Below, piece by piece: positions 27,199-37,678 of a stretch of 64,000 nucleotides of DNA. Source of the DNA: Minisyncoccota bacterium. GTDB lineage: Bacteria; Patescibacteriota; Minisyncoccia; Phycocordibacterales; UBA6065. The notes below the pieces were generated by a model. It saw only the letters and a list, made by a program, of their open reading frames with translations, made no database searches and had not been told where the DNA came from. A program made the translations under genes and the position numbers. The stretch's first letter is position 1, and every line of letters begins with the position of its first letter. The stretch is from assembly GCA_035546035.1 (NCBI GenBank), contig DASZXC010000008.1, positions 123,951 to 187,950 on the forward strand. The letters run 5' to 3'.

Positions 27199-29343
27199 AT
27201 GAATCGAGACTACCCATTGGATAAGGTCCGGAACTTCGGCGTCATCGCCCACATCGATGCGGGTAAGACCACGACTTCGGAGCGAATCCTTTACTACACC
27301 GGCATGATCCACAAGATCGGCGAGGTGCACGAGGGCGAGACGACCACTGACTGGATGGAACAGGAGAGGGAGCGCGGCATCACTATTACGGCTGCCGCTA
27401 TCACCTGTTTCTGGAATCCGACGTACATGCCGAAGGGCGACAACAGCATGAAGCACCGCTTCAACGTCATCGACACTCCGGGACACATCGACTTCACCGT
27501 AGAGGTCAAGCGATCCCTCCGCGTGCTCGACGGCGCGGTCGTCGTATTCGACGGCGTGGCAGGCGTAGAGCCGCAGTCTGAGACTAACTGGCGCTATGCG
27601 GACGAGTCGAACGTCCCCCGCATCTGTTTCATCAACAAGCTCGACCGCATGGGCGCTTCGTTCGAAAAGTCGTTCGCATCGATCCTCGAACGCCTTAATA
27701 AGAACGGCGTGCGCATCCAGATCCCTGTCGGCGCGGAAGAGAACTTCAAGGGCGTCATAGACCTCGTTAAAATGAAGTTCTATACCTTCGAAGGCGAAAT
27801 GGGCATCAACGTCATCGAACAAGAAATCCCTGCGGACATGCAGGCAGAGGCAGACAAATACCGGGCTATCCTCATCGAAAAGATCGCGGAAACCGACGAC
27901 AGCCTCATGAACGCGTACCTCGAAGGAAAGCAGTTCGACATCTCGACCATCAAGGCCGGCCTCCGCAAGGCGACCCTCGCATGCAAGCTCTTCCCGGTCA
28001 TGACCGGTACGGCTCTCAAGAACAAGGGCGTCCAGCTCGTTCTCGACGCCGTCGTGGACTATCTCCCGTCGCCGCTCGACATTCCTGCGGTTAAGGGCCA
28101 TCACCCTGATACGGGCGAGGAGATCCTCCGTCACGCAGACGACAAGGAGCCTTTCGCGGCGCTCGCATTTAAGCTCCAGAACGATCCGTTCGTCGGCGCG
28201 CTCACGTTCTTCCGCGTGTACTCCGGTACCGTAGAAGCTGGTTCGTACATATATAACTCGACCACGGGCAAAAAAGAGCGCCTCTCGCGCATCGTGCGCC
28301 TTCAGGCGAACAAGCGCGAAGAAGTGACGAAAGTCTATGCAGGCGAGATCGCTGCAGCCGTAGGCTTAAAGGACGCTCTCACGTCTCATACGCTCTGCGA
28401 CGAGAACAATCCGATCGTCCTCGAAGCCATCAAGTTCATGGAACCGGTCATCTCGCTTCGCATCGAGCCTGCTACTAAGGCCGACCAGGAGAAGATGGGC
28501 ACGGCGCTCCGCAAGCTCGCGAACGAAGACCCTACGTTCCGCATCACGTCCAACGCTGAAACGGGCGAGACCCTCATCGCAGGCATGGGCGAGCTCCATC
28601 TCGAGATCATGGTAGACCGCATGAAGCGCGAATTCGGCGTCAATGCGAACGTCGGCAAGCCGCAGGTGGCATATCGCGAAACGATCCTCGGGACCGCGGA
28701 AGCAGAGCACAAGTACATCAAGCAATCGGGCGGTAAGGGTCAGTACGGCCACGTAAAGATCACTCTCAAGCCTCTCCCTGCATTGATAGAAGGCGAGAAG
28801 ATCCCGAAGAACGTCTCCCGATACGATGACTTCGAATTCATCGACTCGATCAAGGGCGGCGTCATCCCGGGCGAATTCATCCCTGCGGTAGAGAAAGGTG
28901 TTCACGAAGCTATGGATCGCGGTATCGTCGCGGGCTACAAGATGGTGAACGTATCGTGCGAATTGACCTACGGTTCGTACCACGACGTGGACTCTTCGGA
29001 AATCGCATATAAGATCGCCGCCTCGATGGCATTCCAGGAAGGCGCCAAGCGTGCGAAGCCCGTCATCCTCGAGCCGATCATGAAGCTCGAAGTCGTAGCC
29101 CCGGAGAAATTCATGGGCGACGTCACCGGCTCCATCATGGCGAAGCGCGGCATGATCGAAGGCACGAACCCGAAGGGCCAGGCCGTTTCGATCATCGCAA
29201 AGGTCCCGTTGGCCGAGATGTTCGGCTATACGACCGCTCTCCGCTCGATGACCTCGGGCCAGGGAAGCGCGCAGATGGAATTCGACCACTACGAGGTCGT
29301 TCCTCCGAACGTCGAGAAGACGATCGTCGAGGCAAGGAAATAG
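27199..29343 (+). CDS. fusA: Elongation factor G
   Basis: [41 protein letters not shown]. Confidence 0.98.
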   Translation: MNRDYPLDKVRNFGVIAHIDAGKTTTSERILYYTGMIHKIGEVHEGETTTDWMEQERERGITITAAAITCFWNPTYMPKGDNSMKHRFNVIDTPGHIDFTVEVKRSLRVLDGAVVVFDGVAGVEPQSETNWRYADESNVPRICFINKLDRMGASFEKSFASILERLNKNGVRIQIPVGAEENFKGVIDLVKMKFYTFEGEMGINVIEQEIPADMQAEADKYRAILIEKIAETDDSLMNAYLEGKQFDISTIKAGLRKATLACKLFPVMTGTALKNKGVQLVLDAVVDYLPSPLDIPAVKGHHPDTGEEILRHADDKEPFAALAFKLQNDPFVGALTFFRVYSGTVEAGSYIYNSTTGKKERLSRIVRLQANKREEVTKVYAGEIAAAVGLKDALTSHTLCDENNPIVLEAIKFMEPVISLRIEPATKADQEKMGTALRKLANEDPTFRITSNAETGETLIAGMGELHLEIMVDRMKREFGVNANVGKPQVAYRETILGTAEAEHKYIKQSGGKGQYGHVKITLKPLPALIEGEKIPKNVSRYDDFEFIDSIKGGVIPGEFIPAVEKGVHEAMDRGIVAGYKMVNVSCELTYGSYHDVDSSEIAYKIAASMAFQEGAKRAKPVILEPIMKLEVVAPEKFMGDVTGSIMAKRGMIEGTNPKGQAVSIIAKVPLAEMFGYTTALRSMTSGQGSAQMEFDHYEVVPPNVEKTIVEARK

Positions 29344-29359
29344 CCTTATTCGAATCTTG

Positions 29360-29395
29360 CAAGAAAAAGCCGCCTCGCGAGGCGGCTTTTTCTTG
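29360..29395 (+). terminator. Intrinsic terminator after fusA
   Basis: CAAGAAAAAGCCGCCTC-GC-GAGGCGGCTTTTTCTTG. Confidence 0.85.
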
Positions 29396-29444
29396 ACCTG
29401 TGGCGAAAGCAGGGTAGTATCGAGACGAAACTTGTACATCAATT

Positions 29445-30059
29445 ATGATTAAAATCGTTGAAAGAACAAAAAGGAATCCTCCGGAAACTGGGCTCCTTAT
29501 CCGCCGCGACGGCATATGGCGTCGCGTCATTCAATTGGACGACCGGCTCGTCGAGGAGCCTTACGAAGGAGTGATCTTTCCGGCGACCGAAAAAGAGATC
29601 GACGAGCTCCTCGCGCGAGGCGTTTCCCCGTATTGGCAGGCCTTCGGAGAGGTCTTCTATGGCGTTCCCCTTGATGACATCAGCGAGACTGCCGATGTCA
29701 GGAAGATCTTCTGGAATAGCAGTCTGGGCAGTCCGGCGTGGCAGAAAGGCTCCGTTCCGAGCCTTCCTCTTCTCGCCGCCGACGTCATCGTCTGCCGGTT
29801 CTTCGAGCATCCGTTCCCGCCGGGGACGCAGGTCCCGGTCAGCGAATTGCTTGCAGGCTTTACGCCGAGCGAAAAAGACCTCGATATCGCTGACGATCCT
29901 CATAAGACGAGCGATCTCCAGGTCTGGCTCACGGCCTGGGCCGCATACCGGAAAGTCACATTCAGCGAATCGCTTCCGATGCGCTCGCTCCTGCTCGACA
30001 AGCTCAAATGCGCGCTCATCGAGCTTGAAGCTCTGGCTAGGGCAGGGAGTTCGGACTAA
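29445..30059 (+). CDS. Hypothetical protein inserted between fusA and tuf
   Basis: 204-aa ORF filling the gap; TTGACC-16-TAGTAT upstream; no recognised motif. Confidence 0.6.
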   Translation: MIKIVERTKRNPPETGLLIRRDGIWRRVIQLDDRLVEEPYEGVIFPATEKEIDELLARGVSPYWQAFGEVFYGVPLDDISETADVRKIFWNSSLGSPAWQKGSVPSLPLLAADVIVCRFFEHPFPPGTQVPVSELLAGFTPSEKDLDIADDPHKTSDLQVWLTAWAAYRKVTFSESLPMRSLLLDKLKCALIELEALARAGSSD

Positions 30060-30133
30060 TCGGGCTCCGAAACGCTTTCGATCGATGTCCGAGGCCGCTC
30101 CCTGATAGGGAAGCGGCCTTTTCTTAACATAAA

Positions 30134-30275
30134 TTGACTTCAGCGTCCGTTCTGATACTATGCTCTCATACGCATTTTTGCGTCTTTTATTATCCTTAGA
30201 ACATTCATTTCGTAGACGCTCTGGATCTGGCATCTCTCGCGCACAGATCTAGGCCGCCTACAAAAGAAAAATCTT
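30134..30275 (+). promoter_or_regulatory. tuf promoter and structured leader
   Basis: TTGACT-16-(TG-n)TACTAT; hairpin ACGCA/TGCGT plus U-tract; stem TCTGGATCTG/CAGATCTAGG. Confidence 0.55.
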
Positions 30276-31469
30276 ATGGCAGAATTCACACGAAGCAAGC
30301 CGCACGTTAACGTGGGTACCATCGGCCACGTTGACCACGGCAAGACTACGCTTACGACTGCGATCCTCGCGACGCAGGCTCGAGACGGTCTTGCAGTAGG
30401 CAAGGCATACGCAGATATCGCCAAGGGCGGTACCGTGCGCGATGCATCGAAGGTCGTTACCATCTCGCTCGCTCACGTCGAGTACGAGTCGAACGCGCGC
30501 CACTACGCTCACATCGACGCTCCTGGCCACGCCGACTATATCAAGAACATGATCACGGGTGCCGCTCAAATGGACGGCGCTATCCTCGTAGTGTCGGCGA
30601 TCGACGGCCCTATGCCGCAGACTCGAGAGCACATCCTCCTCGCAAAGCAGGTCGGCGTGCCAAGGATCGTGGTATTCCTCAACAAATGCGATGCCGTTGA
30701 AGACAAGGATCTCATCGACCTTGTCGAAGGCGAAGTCAGGGATCTCCTTACGAAATACGGCTATGACGGCGCTAACACTCCTGTTATCCGCGGATCGGCT
30801 CTCAAGGCTCTTGAAGCGAAGGACAATACGGACGAGTGGGCAATGAAGATCAAGGATCTCATGAATACGCTCGACACCTATATCCCTATGCCGGAGCGCG
30901 CTACGGACAAGCCATTCCTCATGCCTATCGAGGACATCTTCTCGATCGAAGGCCGCGGAACTGTGGTCACGGGCCGTATCGAGCGCGGTCAGGTAAAAGT
31001 CGGCGACACCGTCGAGATCGTCGGTATCAAGGACACCACGAACACGACGATCACTGGTATCGAAATGTTCAACAAGCAGCTCCAGTCGGGCATGGCGGGC
31101 GACAACGCCGGCGTTCTCCTCCGCGGCACCGCGAAGGACGCCGTCCATCGCGGTCAGGTCCTCGCAAAGCCGGGCTCGGTCACCCCTCACACCGAATTCG
31201 AGGCAGAGGTCCTCATCCTCAAGAAGGAAGAAGGTGGCCGCCACACTCCATTCTTCAACGGTTACAAGCCGCAGTTCTACGTTCGAACCACGGACGTTAC
31301 CGGCGAAGTCACCCTCAAGCCTGGCGTTGAAATGGTCATGCCTGGCGACACCGTCACGTTTTCGGTCAAGCTCCACGCTCCTATCGCCCTTGAGGCGCAG
31401 CAGCGCTTCGCTATCCGCGAAGGCGGCAAGACCGTAGGCGCAGGCGTCGTCACCAAGATCAACAAGTAA
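30276..31469 (+). CDS. tuf: Elongation factor Tu (atypical switch I)
   Basis: [36 protein letters not shown]. Confidence 0.97.
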   Translation: MAEFTRSKPHVNVGTIGHVDHGKTTLTTAILATQARDGLAVGKAYADIAKGGTVRDASKVVTISLAHVEYESNARHYAHIDAPGHADYIKNMITGAAQMDGAILVVSAIDGPMPQTREHILLAKQVGVPRIVVFLNKCDAVEDKDLIDLVEGEVRDLLTKYGYDGANTPVIRGSALKALEAKDNTDEWAMKIKDLMNTLDTYIPMPERATDKPFLMPIEDIFSIEGRGTVVTGRIERGQVKVGDTVEIVGIKDTTNTTITGIEMFNKQLQSGMAGDNAGVLLRGTAKDAVHRGQVLAKPGSVTPHTEFEAEVLILKKEEGGRHTPFFNGYKPQFYVRTTDVTGEVTLKPGVEMVMPGDTVTFSVKLHAPIALEAQQRFAIREGGKTVGAGVVTKINK

Positions 31470-31471
31470 TT

Positions 31472-31843
31472 ATGGCTACGGCTCCTAAAAAAGCAGCTCC
31501 GAAGAAGGCTCCGGCAAAAGCGAAAGCGGCAGACACCTCTCCTCGCTTGAGGATCCGCGTGCGAGCGTACGAGAACAAGATCCTCGACGCTTCGGTCAAG
31601 CAGATCATCGACACCGCTCTCCGTTACGACGTAACGGTTCTCGGCCCGGTCCCTCTTCCTACGGAGATCAAGAAATATACGGTGAACCGCTCGTCGTTCG
31701 TATACAAGAATGCGCGAGAACAGTTCGAGATGCGAGTCCACAAGCGCCTCATCGATATCTTGAATCCGAACGCGAAGATCATCGAAGCCCTTACGAATAT
31801 GTCGCTCCCATCGGGCGTGAACATCGACGTCAAGATGATCTAA
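31472..31843 (+). CDS. rpsJ: 30S ribosomal protein S10
   Basis: GPVPLPT, REQFEMRVHKRLIDI; Lys/Ala-rich N-extension. Confidence 0.96.
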   Translation: MATAPKKAAPKKAPAKAKAADTSPRLRIRVRAYENKILDASVKQIIDTALRYDVTVLGPVPLPTEIKKYTVNRSSFVYKNAREQFEMRVHKRLIDILNPNAKIIEALTNMSLPSGVNIDVKMI

Positions 31844-31911
31844 AGCAGAAACCTGCAATATAAAACCACCCCGCCGAGGCCTGGGGTGGTTTTATATTGC
31901 AGGTTTCTGCT
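31844..31911. repeat. Long perfect inverted repeat (29-bp arms, 10-nt loop), bidirectional terminator-like, copy 1
   Basis: AGCAGAAACCTGCAATATAAAACCACCCC-GCCGAGGCCT-reverse complement, between convergent rpsJ and pilin. Confidence 0.9.
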
Positions 31912-32356
31912 AAGGACAGACCGACGACGTGGCAGGACCCGACGAACCCTTCGATGCGCCCATAGAGTCTACGCACCAATAAGTCGAGGTCGAGACGAGC
32001 TGCGCCGATACCGCCCATGCCGTCTGGGTTCCGGCAGGGGATGCGTAGCATGCCACTGCAGGGGACGTAGATGCCAATGCCGCTATCTGGTCGCTCATCT
32101 TCGGGTCGGCGACGAATATCGAGCCAGAGGTCGAGCATGACGAGACCGTGCCTGCCGCCGATCCGTAATTGCCCGCGCCGTCGAAATAGAGCTCCGCTTG
32201 AGGGCGAAGGGAGACGAGCTGCGCCTTTACGGCCGCGTCGCTGCCCTTGTTTCGCGCCGAATTCAACGATGCGAGCACTACCGACGACAATATGCCGATG
32301 ATAGCGATCACAACGAGGAGTTCGATGAGGGTAAAGCCTTTCTTCAAATTCTTCAT
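31910..32356 (-). CDS. Type IV pilin (probable major pilin)
   Basis: MKNLKKG|FTLIELLVVIAIIGILSSVVLASLNSARNK; C-terminal YWCVDS...C. Confidence 0.9.
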   Translation of the reverse strand: MKNLKKGFTLIELLVVIAIIGILSSVVLASLNSARNKGSDAAVKAQLVSLRPQAELYFDGAGNYGSAAGTVSSCSTSGSIFVADPKMSDQIAALASTSPAVACYASPAGTQTAWAVSAQLVSTSTYWCVDSMGASKGSSGPATSSVCP

Positions 32357-32560
32357 ATCGATCAAAAAACTAATAATGCTGTGTTTTTCAGCTCGAGGAT
32401 AAGTATAGCAGGCGTTTTCGGCCCTCATTTGCTTTATTTTCCCCAGTGGGGTAGTATGACCCCCACAAGAGAAGCACGGCTTCTTTTTTGATTTCAGTTT
32501 TATTTATTTGGGATATTAAGAGAGCCTACGGAGCCCCCAGCTCCGCGCTCGCGCAAACCA

Positions 32561-33193
32561 ATGAAGAAATTCATCCTTGGCACTAAAAAGGCCATGACGC
32601 AGGTCTTCGACGCAGAGGGCCGCGCCTTCCCGGCGACGGTCCTTTCGGCAGGCCCTGTTACGGTCACGCAGGTAAAGACGGTAGACAACGACGGATATTC
32701 GGCTTTCCAGGTCGGCTTCGGCGACCAGAAGGAGTCTCGCCTCGGTAAGGCTCTTGTCGGACATATGAAGGACAAAGGCGCCGGCAATTTCCGACACCTC
32801 GGCGAATTCTGCGTTTCCGCGGAAGAGGCCGCTAAATTCAAGGTCGGCGACAAGATCGACCTTTCCATGTTCGCCGTAGGCGATACGGTTTCGGTTCGCT
32901 CGGAATCGAAGGGCAAGGGCTTCCAGGGTGCCGTCAAGCGCCACCACTTCAAGGGCGGTTCGCGAACCCACGGCCAGAAGCACTCGGAGCGCGAAGTCGG
33001 TTCGATCAACGGCAAAGGCCGCCACAGCTCGGGCCGCGTCAACAAGGGCAAGCGCATGCCGGGACGCATGGGCGGCGACATGGTCACCGTCAAGAATCTC
33101 AAGGTCCTCCAGGTCCGCCCGGAGACCAATGAACTCGTTATCCACGGCTCTCTTCCCGGTCGAAAGGGAGTTCTCGTATCTATCGTCGCGTAA
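32561..33193 (+). CDS. rplC: 50S ribosomal protein L3
   Basis: GTKKAMTQVF, SKGKGFQGAVKRH, KGKRMPGRMG. Confidence 0.96.
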   Translation: MKKFILGTKKAMTQVFDAEGRAFPATVLSAGPVTVTQVKTVDNDGYSAFQVGFGDQKESRLGKALVGHMKDKGAGNFRHLGEFCVSAEEAAKFKVGDKIDLSMFAVGDTVSVRSESKGKGFQGAVKRHHFKGGSRTHGQKHSEREVGSINGKGRHSSGRVNKGKRMPGRMGGDMVTVKNLKVLQVRPETNELVIHGSLPGRKGVLVSIVA

Positions 33194-33210
33194 TCTTCAC
33201 ATACACGAAT

Positions 33211-33951
33211 ATGAAAAACGAAACTAAAGCAGTAAAGAAGGCGGCAGCGCCAAAGGCGAAGGCTCCAAAGGCAGCAAAAGCTTCTGTCGGCCTCGAGGCG
33301 ACGATCTATAACACCAAGGGCGCATCGGCAGGCACGGTCAAGCTCCCTGAAAAGGTCTTCGGCCTTCCATGGAATGCTGACCTTGTCCACCAGGTCATGC
33401 ACTCGATGATGTCGACCGCTCGACAGCCTATTGCTCATACCAAGACCCGCGGGGAAGTGCGCGGCGGCGGCAAGAAGCCATGGCGCCAGAAGGGCACCGG
33501 TCGCGCTCGACACGGCTCTACCCGATCGCCTCTTTGGGTAGGCGGCGGCGTCGCTCACGGCCCTCGCAACGACAAGAACTATGATCGCAAGGTCAATAAG
33601 GGCGCGAAGGCGAAGGCTTTCCTCACGCTCCTTTCCAAGAAGTACCGCGACGGCGAGGTCATCTTCGTCGAATCGCTCTCGTTCTCGGCTCCGAAGACCG
33701 CTGAGGCTATCTCGGCTCTTGCCGGCCTCGCCAAGAATAAGGATTTCAGCAAGCTCGTCACGAAGCCTAAGAACGCGGCATTCATCGCTCTTTCGAAGAA
33801 AGACGTCAACGTCGAGAAGTCCTTCAGGAACGTCCGCGCAGTCTCCGTAGACGAAGTGCGAAACGTCAACCTCCTCGATGTCCTCACCAACAAATTCCTC
33901 GTCATCGAGAATCCTACGGAGTCGCTCAAGGTTATCGAAAATAAGATCTAA
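33211..33951 (+). CDS. rplD: 50S ribosomal protein L4
   Basis: [31 protein letters not shown]. Confidence 0.96.
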   Translation: MKNETKAVKKAAAPKAKAPKAAKASVGLEATIYNTKGASAGTVKLPEKVFGLPWNADLVHQVMHSMMSTARQPIAHTKTRGEVRGGGKKPWRQKGTGRARHGSTRSPLWVGGGVAHGPRNDKNYDRKVNKGAKAKAFLTLLSKKYRDGEVIFVESLSFSAPKTAEAISALAGLAKNKDFSKLVTKPKNAAFIALSKKDVNVEKSFRNVRAVSVDEVRNVNLLDVLTNKFLVIENPTESLKVIENKI

Positions 33952-33955
33952 TACC

Positions 33956-34408
33956 ATGTCGCTTTTCAACACACAAAGGAAGAAGGCCGGCAATGCGACC
34001 GCAGGCGAGGACAAGGCAAAGAAGACCAAGGCCGTCGCCGTAGTTAAGCCTGCCAAGGAGGATAAAAAGGAAGCAAAAGCAAAGAAGGAGTCCAAGGACG
34101 AAAAGCGCGCTGCAGCGGCTGCGGGCGTCGTCTTCGACAAGAAGTCGGTCATCATCAAACCCCGCGTCACGGAAAAGGCAGGCATCCTCTCGCAGTCGGG
34201 CGTATACACGTTCGATGTGAAGGTAGGCGCGAACGTCCGCCAGATCGCTGACGCTATCGAAGCCGCATACAAGGTCACGCCGGTAAAGGTCTCGACCGCT
34301 GCGGTAAAGGGCAAGGCCATGTTCGCTCGCGGCCGAAAGGGTTCGACTTCGGCAGGCAAGAAGGCCTACGTCTATCTCGAGAAGGGACAGACCATCGAAT
34401 TCATATAA
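33956..34408 (+). CDS. rplW: 50S ribosomal protein L23 with long Lys/Ala-rich N-extension
   Basis: IIKPRVTEKA...YTFDV...KKAYVYL. Confidence 0.92.
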   Translation: MSLFNTQRKKAGNATAGEDKAKKTKAVAVVKPAKEDKKEAKAKKESKDEKRAAAAAGVVFDKKSVIIKPRVTEKAGILSQSGVYTFDVKVGANVRQIADAIEAAYKVTPVKVSTAAVKGKAMFARGRKGSTSAGKKAYVYLEKGQTIEFI

Positions 34409-34428
34409 TCTAAGTAATTATCAATCCA

Positions 34429-35283
34429 ATGAAATCATATCGACCAACATCTCCAGGCAGGCGCCAGATGCAGACGATCAACTTCAAGGAGTACATCACC
34501 CAGAAGGATCCTGTTAAGGCTCTCACCTATGGCCGAAAGCGCGACGTAGGACGAAACGCGGCAGGACGCGTTACCGTGCGCCACAAGGGCGGCGGCCATA
34601 AGCGCCTCTATCGCGACATCTCTTTCATGTATGACAAGAAAGACATTCCTGCGACCATCAAGTCCATTGAATACGATCCGAACCGATCGGGCTTCATCGG
34701 CCTCGCGGCATATCGCGACGGCGAGCGACGCTACGTCCTCCTTCCGAAGGGCGTAAAGCCAGGCACGACCATCGTGACCGGCGTCACCGCTCCTCTCCAG
34801 CCAGGCAACGCTCTTCCTTTGAAGAAGATCCCTGTAGGCACCTTCATCTACAACATCGAGCTTAAGCCGAACTCCGGCGCAAAGGCGGCTCGTGCAGCAG
34901 GCATATTCGCCCAGGTCATCGGTAACGACGCAGGCTATACCATGATCAAGATGCCTTCGACCGAAGTCCGAAAGGTCCACGAAGAGGCATTCGCTACCGT
35001 CGGCCAGGTATCGAACGACGAGCACTGGCTCGTGAACTCGGGTAAGGCAGGCCGCTCGCGATGGCTGGGTATCCGCCCGACGGTCCGTGGTACCGCGCAG
35101 AACCCGGTAGACCATCCATACGGCGGCGGTGAAGGCCGACAGGGCCGCGGTCTCCGAAGGCTCAAGACCCGATGGGGCAAGCCGGCCGGCAAGGGCCAGA
35201 AGACCCGTACGCCGAAGAAGTACTCGAACGTCTTCATCGTTTCGAGGCGCAAGGTTGGAAAGGATAGGAACAATATTCAGTAA
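34429..35283 (+). CDS. rplB: 50S ribosomal protein L2
   Basis: RHKGGGHKRLYR, IEYDPNRS, NPVDHPYGGGEGR. Confidence 0.97.
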   Translation: MKSYRPTSPGRRQMQTINFKEYITQKDPVKALTYGRKRDVGRNAAGRVTVRHKGGGHKRLYRDISFMYDKKDIPATIKSIEYDPNRSGFIGLAAYRDGERRYVLLPKGVKPGTTIVTGVTAPLQPGNALPLKKIPVGTFIYNIELKPNSGAKAARAAGIFAQVIGNDAGYTMIKMPSTEVRKVHEEAFATVGQVSNDEHWLVNSGKAGRSRWLGIRPTVRGTAQNPVDHPYGGGEGRQGRGLRRLKTRWGKPAGKGQKTRTPKKYSNVFIVSRRKVGKDRNNIQ

Positions 35284-35284
35284 T

Positions 35285-35322
35285 GAAACAAAAAAACGGC
35301 CGGATGGCCGTTTTTTTGTTTC
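35285..35322. terminator. Intrinsic terminator after rplB
   Basis: 17-bp perfect arms GAAACAAAAAAACGGCC-GGAT-GGCCGTTTTTTTGTTTC. Confidence 0.85.
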
Positions 35323-35353
35323 TATGCTTGAATGGATTAAACTTCTTTAACTT

Positions 35354-35551
35354 ATGACTGCTACTCCGTTTGAAATAAAACTTATCGGCAAGATGGCTCT
35401 CGCGAATGAAAAGATTAAGAAGATTCCTCGAAAACTCCATGCGGCCACGTGTCCCATCGAAGGACCGTCGGGAGGAGAGAAATGTAATTGTGGGGCTCAA
35501 GATTTCAATTCGAACCTTGATGGGATCGTCAACGATCTTAAGGTCGATTAA
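35354..35551 (+). CDS. Small hypothetical protein with H-x3-C...C-x-C motif in AT-rich insert
   Basis: 65 aa; HAATC...CNCG, a possible metal-binding site. Confidence 0.5.
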   Translation: MTATPFEIKLIGKMALANEKIKKIPRKLHAATCPIEGPSGGEKCNCGAQDFNSNLDGIVNDLKVD

Positions 35552-36070
35552 TCTCTTTGCAAATCTGGCCACTCCATTGGTCGGGTTTTTTTGAGGAAAT
35601 CGTTGTTTAATAGCGAAAAGTCTTTTACCTATGTCATCCATAAGCCCAGACGTCAGCGATGCTCCGCCCATGGACGATTCTATGCGGCAGTTCATCGCGA
35701 AGATTCCAAAAATCCTTCGAAATGCATCGAATTGGTAAACAAGATCAGCAAAGAGCATGGAGGAGCAGAGGGATTAAGTCCCTCTATTCACAAGAGAGCT
35801 AAGGAGCTCTCTTTTTGTTTGCTTTCTTAGGCTTTAGCCTGGATGATAGAATGTTCCTTATAGATCAATGTTAATTAAACATGATTAAAGTAGAATTTGA
35901 TAAGGGGAGGGGATTTAATCCGCACGTTTCCGATTTCTTAGATGCTCATAAGGAAATGACGTTACTTGGACTTGCATGGGCTTTGTTTTGGAGATTTTCA
36001 GTCGCATATGGCGCTATAGGCATTATTTTTGCAACTTTGTCTAACATTTTAGGCTGGTAATGCAAAATAT

Positions 36071-36231
36071 TTGACTTATTTCCGTCCTCTGATAGGATAT
36101 CCACCACTAGCTTCGGAATGGGCACTAGACGGTAGAAACTAGGTAAAAGCCTAGTTTTTATCTTCCACCAGTTGTTTCTAGCAACTATAGCCCAGACGCC
36201 CGAGCTGTAATCCATTGTTTCAACACAGCAA
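36071..36231 (+). promoter_or_regulatory. rpsS promoter and multi-stem leader RNA
   Basis: TTGACT-16-(TG-n)TAGGAT; nested stems between 36109 and 36206. Confidence 0.6.
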
Positions 36232-36576
36232 ATGACGCGATCCCTTTCAAAAGGACTGAACGTAGATCCAAGGCTTCTCAAGAAGATCGAGGGCAAGAAA
36301 CCCCAGGAAACCGGCGTTATTAAGACGTGGCTTCGCGCATGCCACATTTCGCCTGAAATGGTGGGTTTCAAGTTCGGCGTCCATAACGGCAAAGACTTCG
36401 TCGAGGTCCTCGTGTCGGAAGACATGGTAGGTCACCGCCTCGGCGAATTTTCTTTGACCCGCAAGTTCACCAAGCACGGCGGCAAGATGCAGAAGGAGCT
36501 TGAAATGAAGAAGAAGGAGTCTGAAATGGCGGCTGCATCGGCAGCTAAGGCCGCTACGACCGAGAAAAAGGCCTAA
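36232..36576 (+). CDS. rpsS: 30S ribosomal protein S19
   Basis: [20 protein letters not shown]. Confidence 0.96.
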   Translation: MTRSLSKGLNVDPRLLKKIEGKKPQETGVIKTWLRACHISPEMVGFKFGVHNGKDFVEVLVSEDMVGHRLGEFSLTRKFTKHGGKMQKELEMKKKESEMAAASAAKAATTEKKA

Positions 36577-36591
36577 TATCTATATATTCCC

Positions 36592-36969
36592 ATGGTCACC
36601 GCATCTCTCACTAACTATCGCCAGTCTCCTCGCAAGGTCCGCCTCGTCGCGTCTTTGATCAAGGGCAAGACCGTCGCGCAGGCTCTCGATATGCTCGGCG
36701 TGACCACAAAACGCGCTTCGGATCCATTGGCCAAGCTCATTAATTCGGCAGTCGCTAATGCCAAGAACCTCGGCGTAGCAACAGAGAACCTCTACGTAAA
36801 GGAGTGCACCGTGAACCAGGGCGTCACCATGAACCGCTATATGCCGGGCGCCCGCGGCTCTGCGTTCCCGATCAGGAAGAAGTCGAGCCACGTAAAGCTC
36901 GTCCTCGAGACCAAGGAACCGAAGGCCAAGAAAGCAGCCAAAGCAAAGGCTCCTAAGACAACCAAATAA
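36592..36969 (+). CDS. rplV: 50S ribosomal protein L22
   Basis: SPRKVRLVA, SAVANA, PGARG..IRKKSSH. Confidence 0.96.
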   Translation: MVTASLTNYRQSPRKVRLVASLIKGKTVAQALDMLGVTTKRASDPLAKLINSAVANAKNLGVATENLYVKECTVNQGVTMNRYMPGARGSAFPIRKKSSHVKLVLETKEPKAKKAAKAKAPKTTK

Positions 36970-36974
36970 TTACT

Positions 36975-37667
36975 ATGTCACACACCGTACATCCATACGC
37001 GCATCGCCTCGGCATCATCAGGGACTGGAAGTCCCGATGGTTCGCAGGTAAGGGCAAGTACCAGGAGAACCTCAAGTCCGACGTCCTTTTGCGCGAATTC
37101 CTCGCCAAGAAGTTCCGCGGCATGTACGTCGCCGACCTCAACATAGAGCGCAACGAGAAAGCCGTCCGCATCATCATTACGACCTCGCGACCGGGCGTAA
37201 TCATCGGCCGACAGGGCGAGGGCGCGGTAAAGCTCAAGTCCGATATCCTCTCGTTCATGCAGAAGAACGGCTCCAAGCTCGCAAAGGGTCAGGACCTCAA
37301 GATCGACATCGAAGAGATCCGATCGCCTGAATCTAATGCGGCTATCGTCGCGTACATGATCGCCGAATCCCTCGAGAAACGCCTCCCGTTCCGCCGCGTC
37401 ATGAAGCAGACCGTCGAAAAGGTCATGGCTAACCGCGATGTGAAGGGCGTCCGCATCTTCCTCGGCGGCCGCCTCGGCGGAGCTGAAATGGCGCGCGTCG
37501 AAGACATGAAGAAGGGCCAGGTTCCTCTCCAGACCTTCCGCGCCGACATCGATTTCGCTCGCGAGAAGGCTCACATGACCTATGGAGACATCGGCATCAA
37601 GGTCTGGATCTATAAGGGCGAGGTTTTCAATAAGAAGGAGGCCGCTCGTCCTAACGCCGCTAAATAA
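36975..37667 (+). CDS. rpsC: 30S ribosomal protein S3
   Basis: RPGVIIG, GRLGGAEMAR, PLQTFRADID, GIKVWIYKG. Confidence 0.97.
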   Translation: MSHTVHPYAHRLGIIRDWKSRWFAGKGKYQENLKSDVLLREFLAKKFRGMYVADLNIERNEKAVRIIITTSRPGVIIGRQGEGAVKLKSDILSFMQKNGSKLAKGQDLKIDIEEIRSPESNAAIVAYMIAESLEKRLPFRRVMKQTVEKVMANRDVKGVRIFLGGRLGGAEMARVEDMKKGQVPLQTFRADIDFAREKAHMTYGDIGIKVWIYKGEVFNKKEAARPNAAK

Positions 37668-37678
37668 TACAAACTCCC

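Noticed and set aside
32500-34359. 619-aa minus-strand ORF and many similar long antisense ORFs in the track
   Set aside because: They are shadows of well-supported genes on the opposite strand, expected from the biased codon usage
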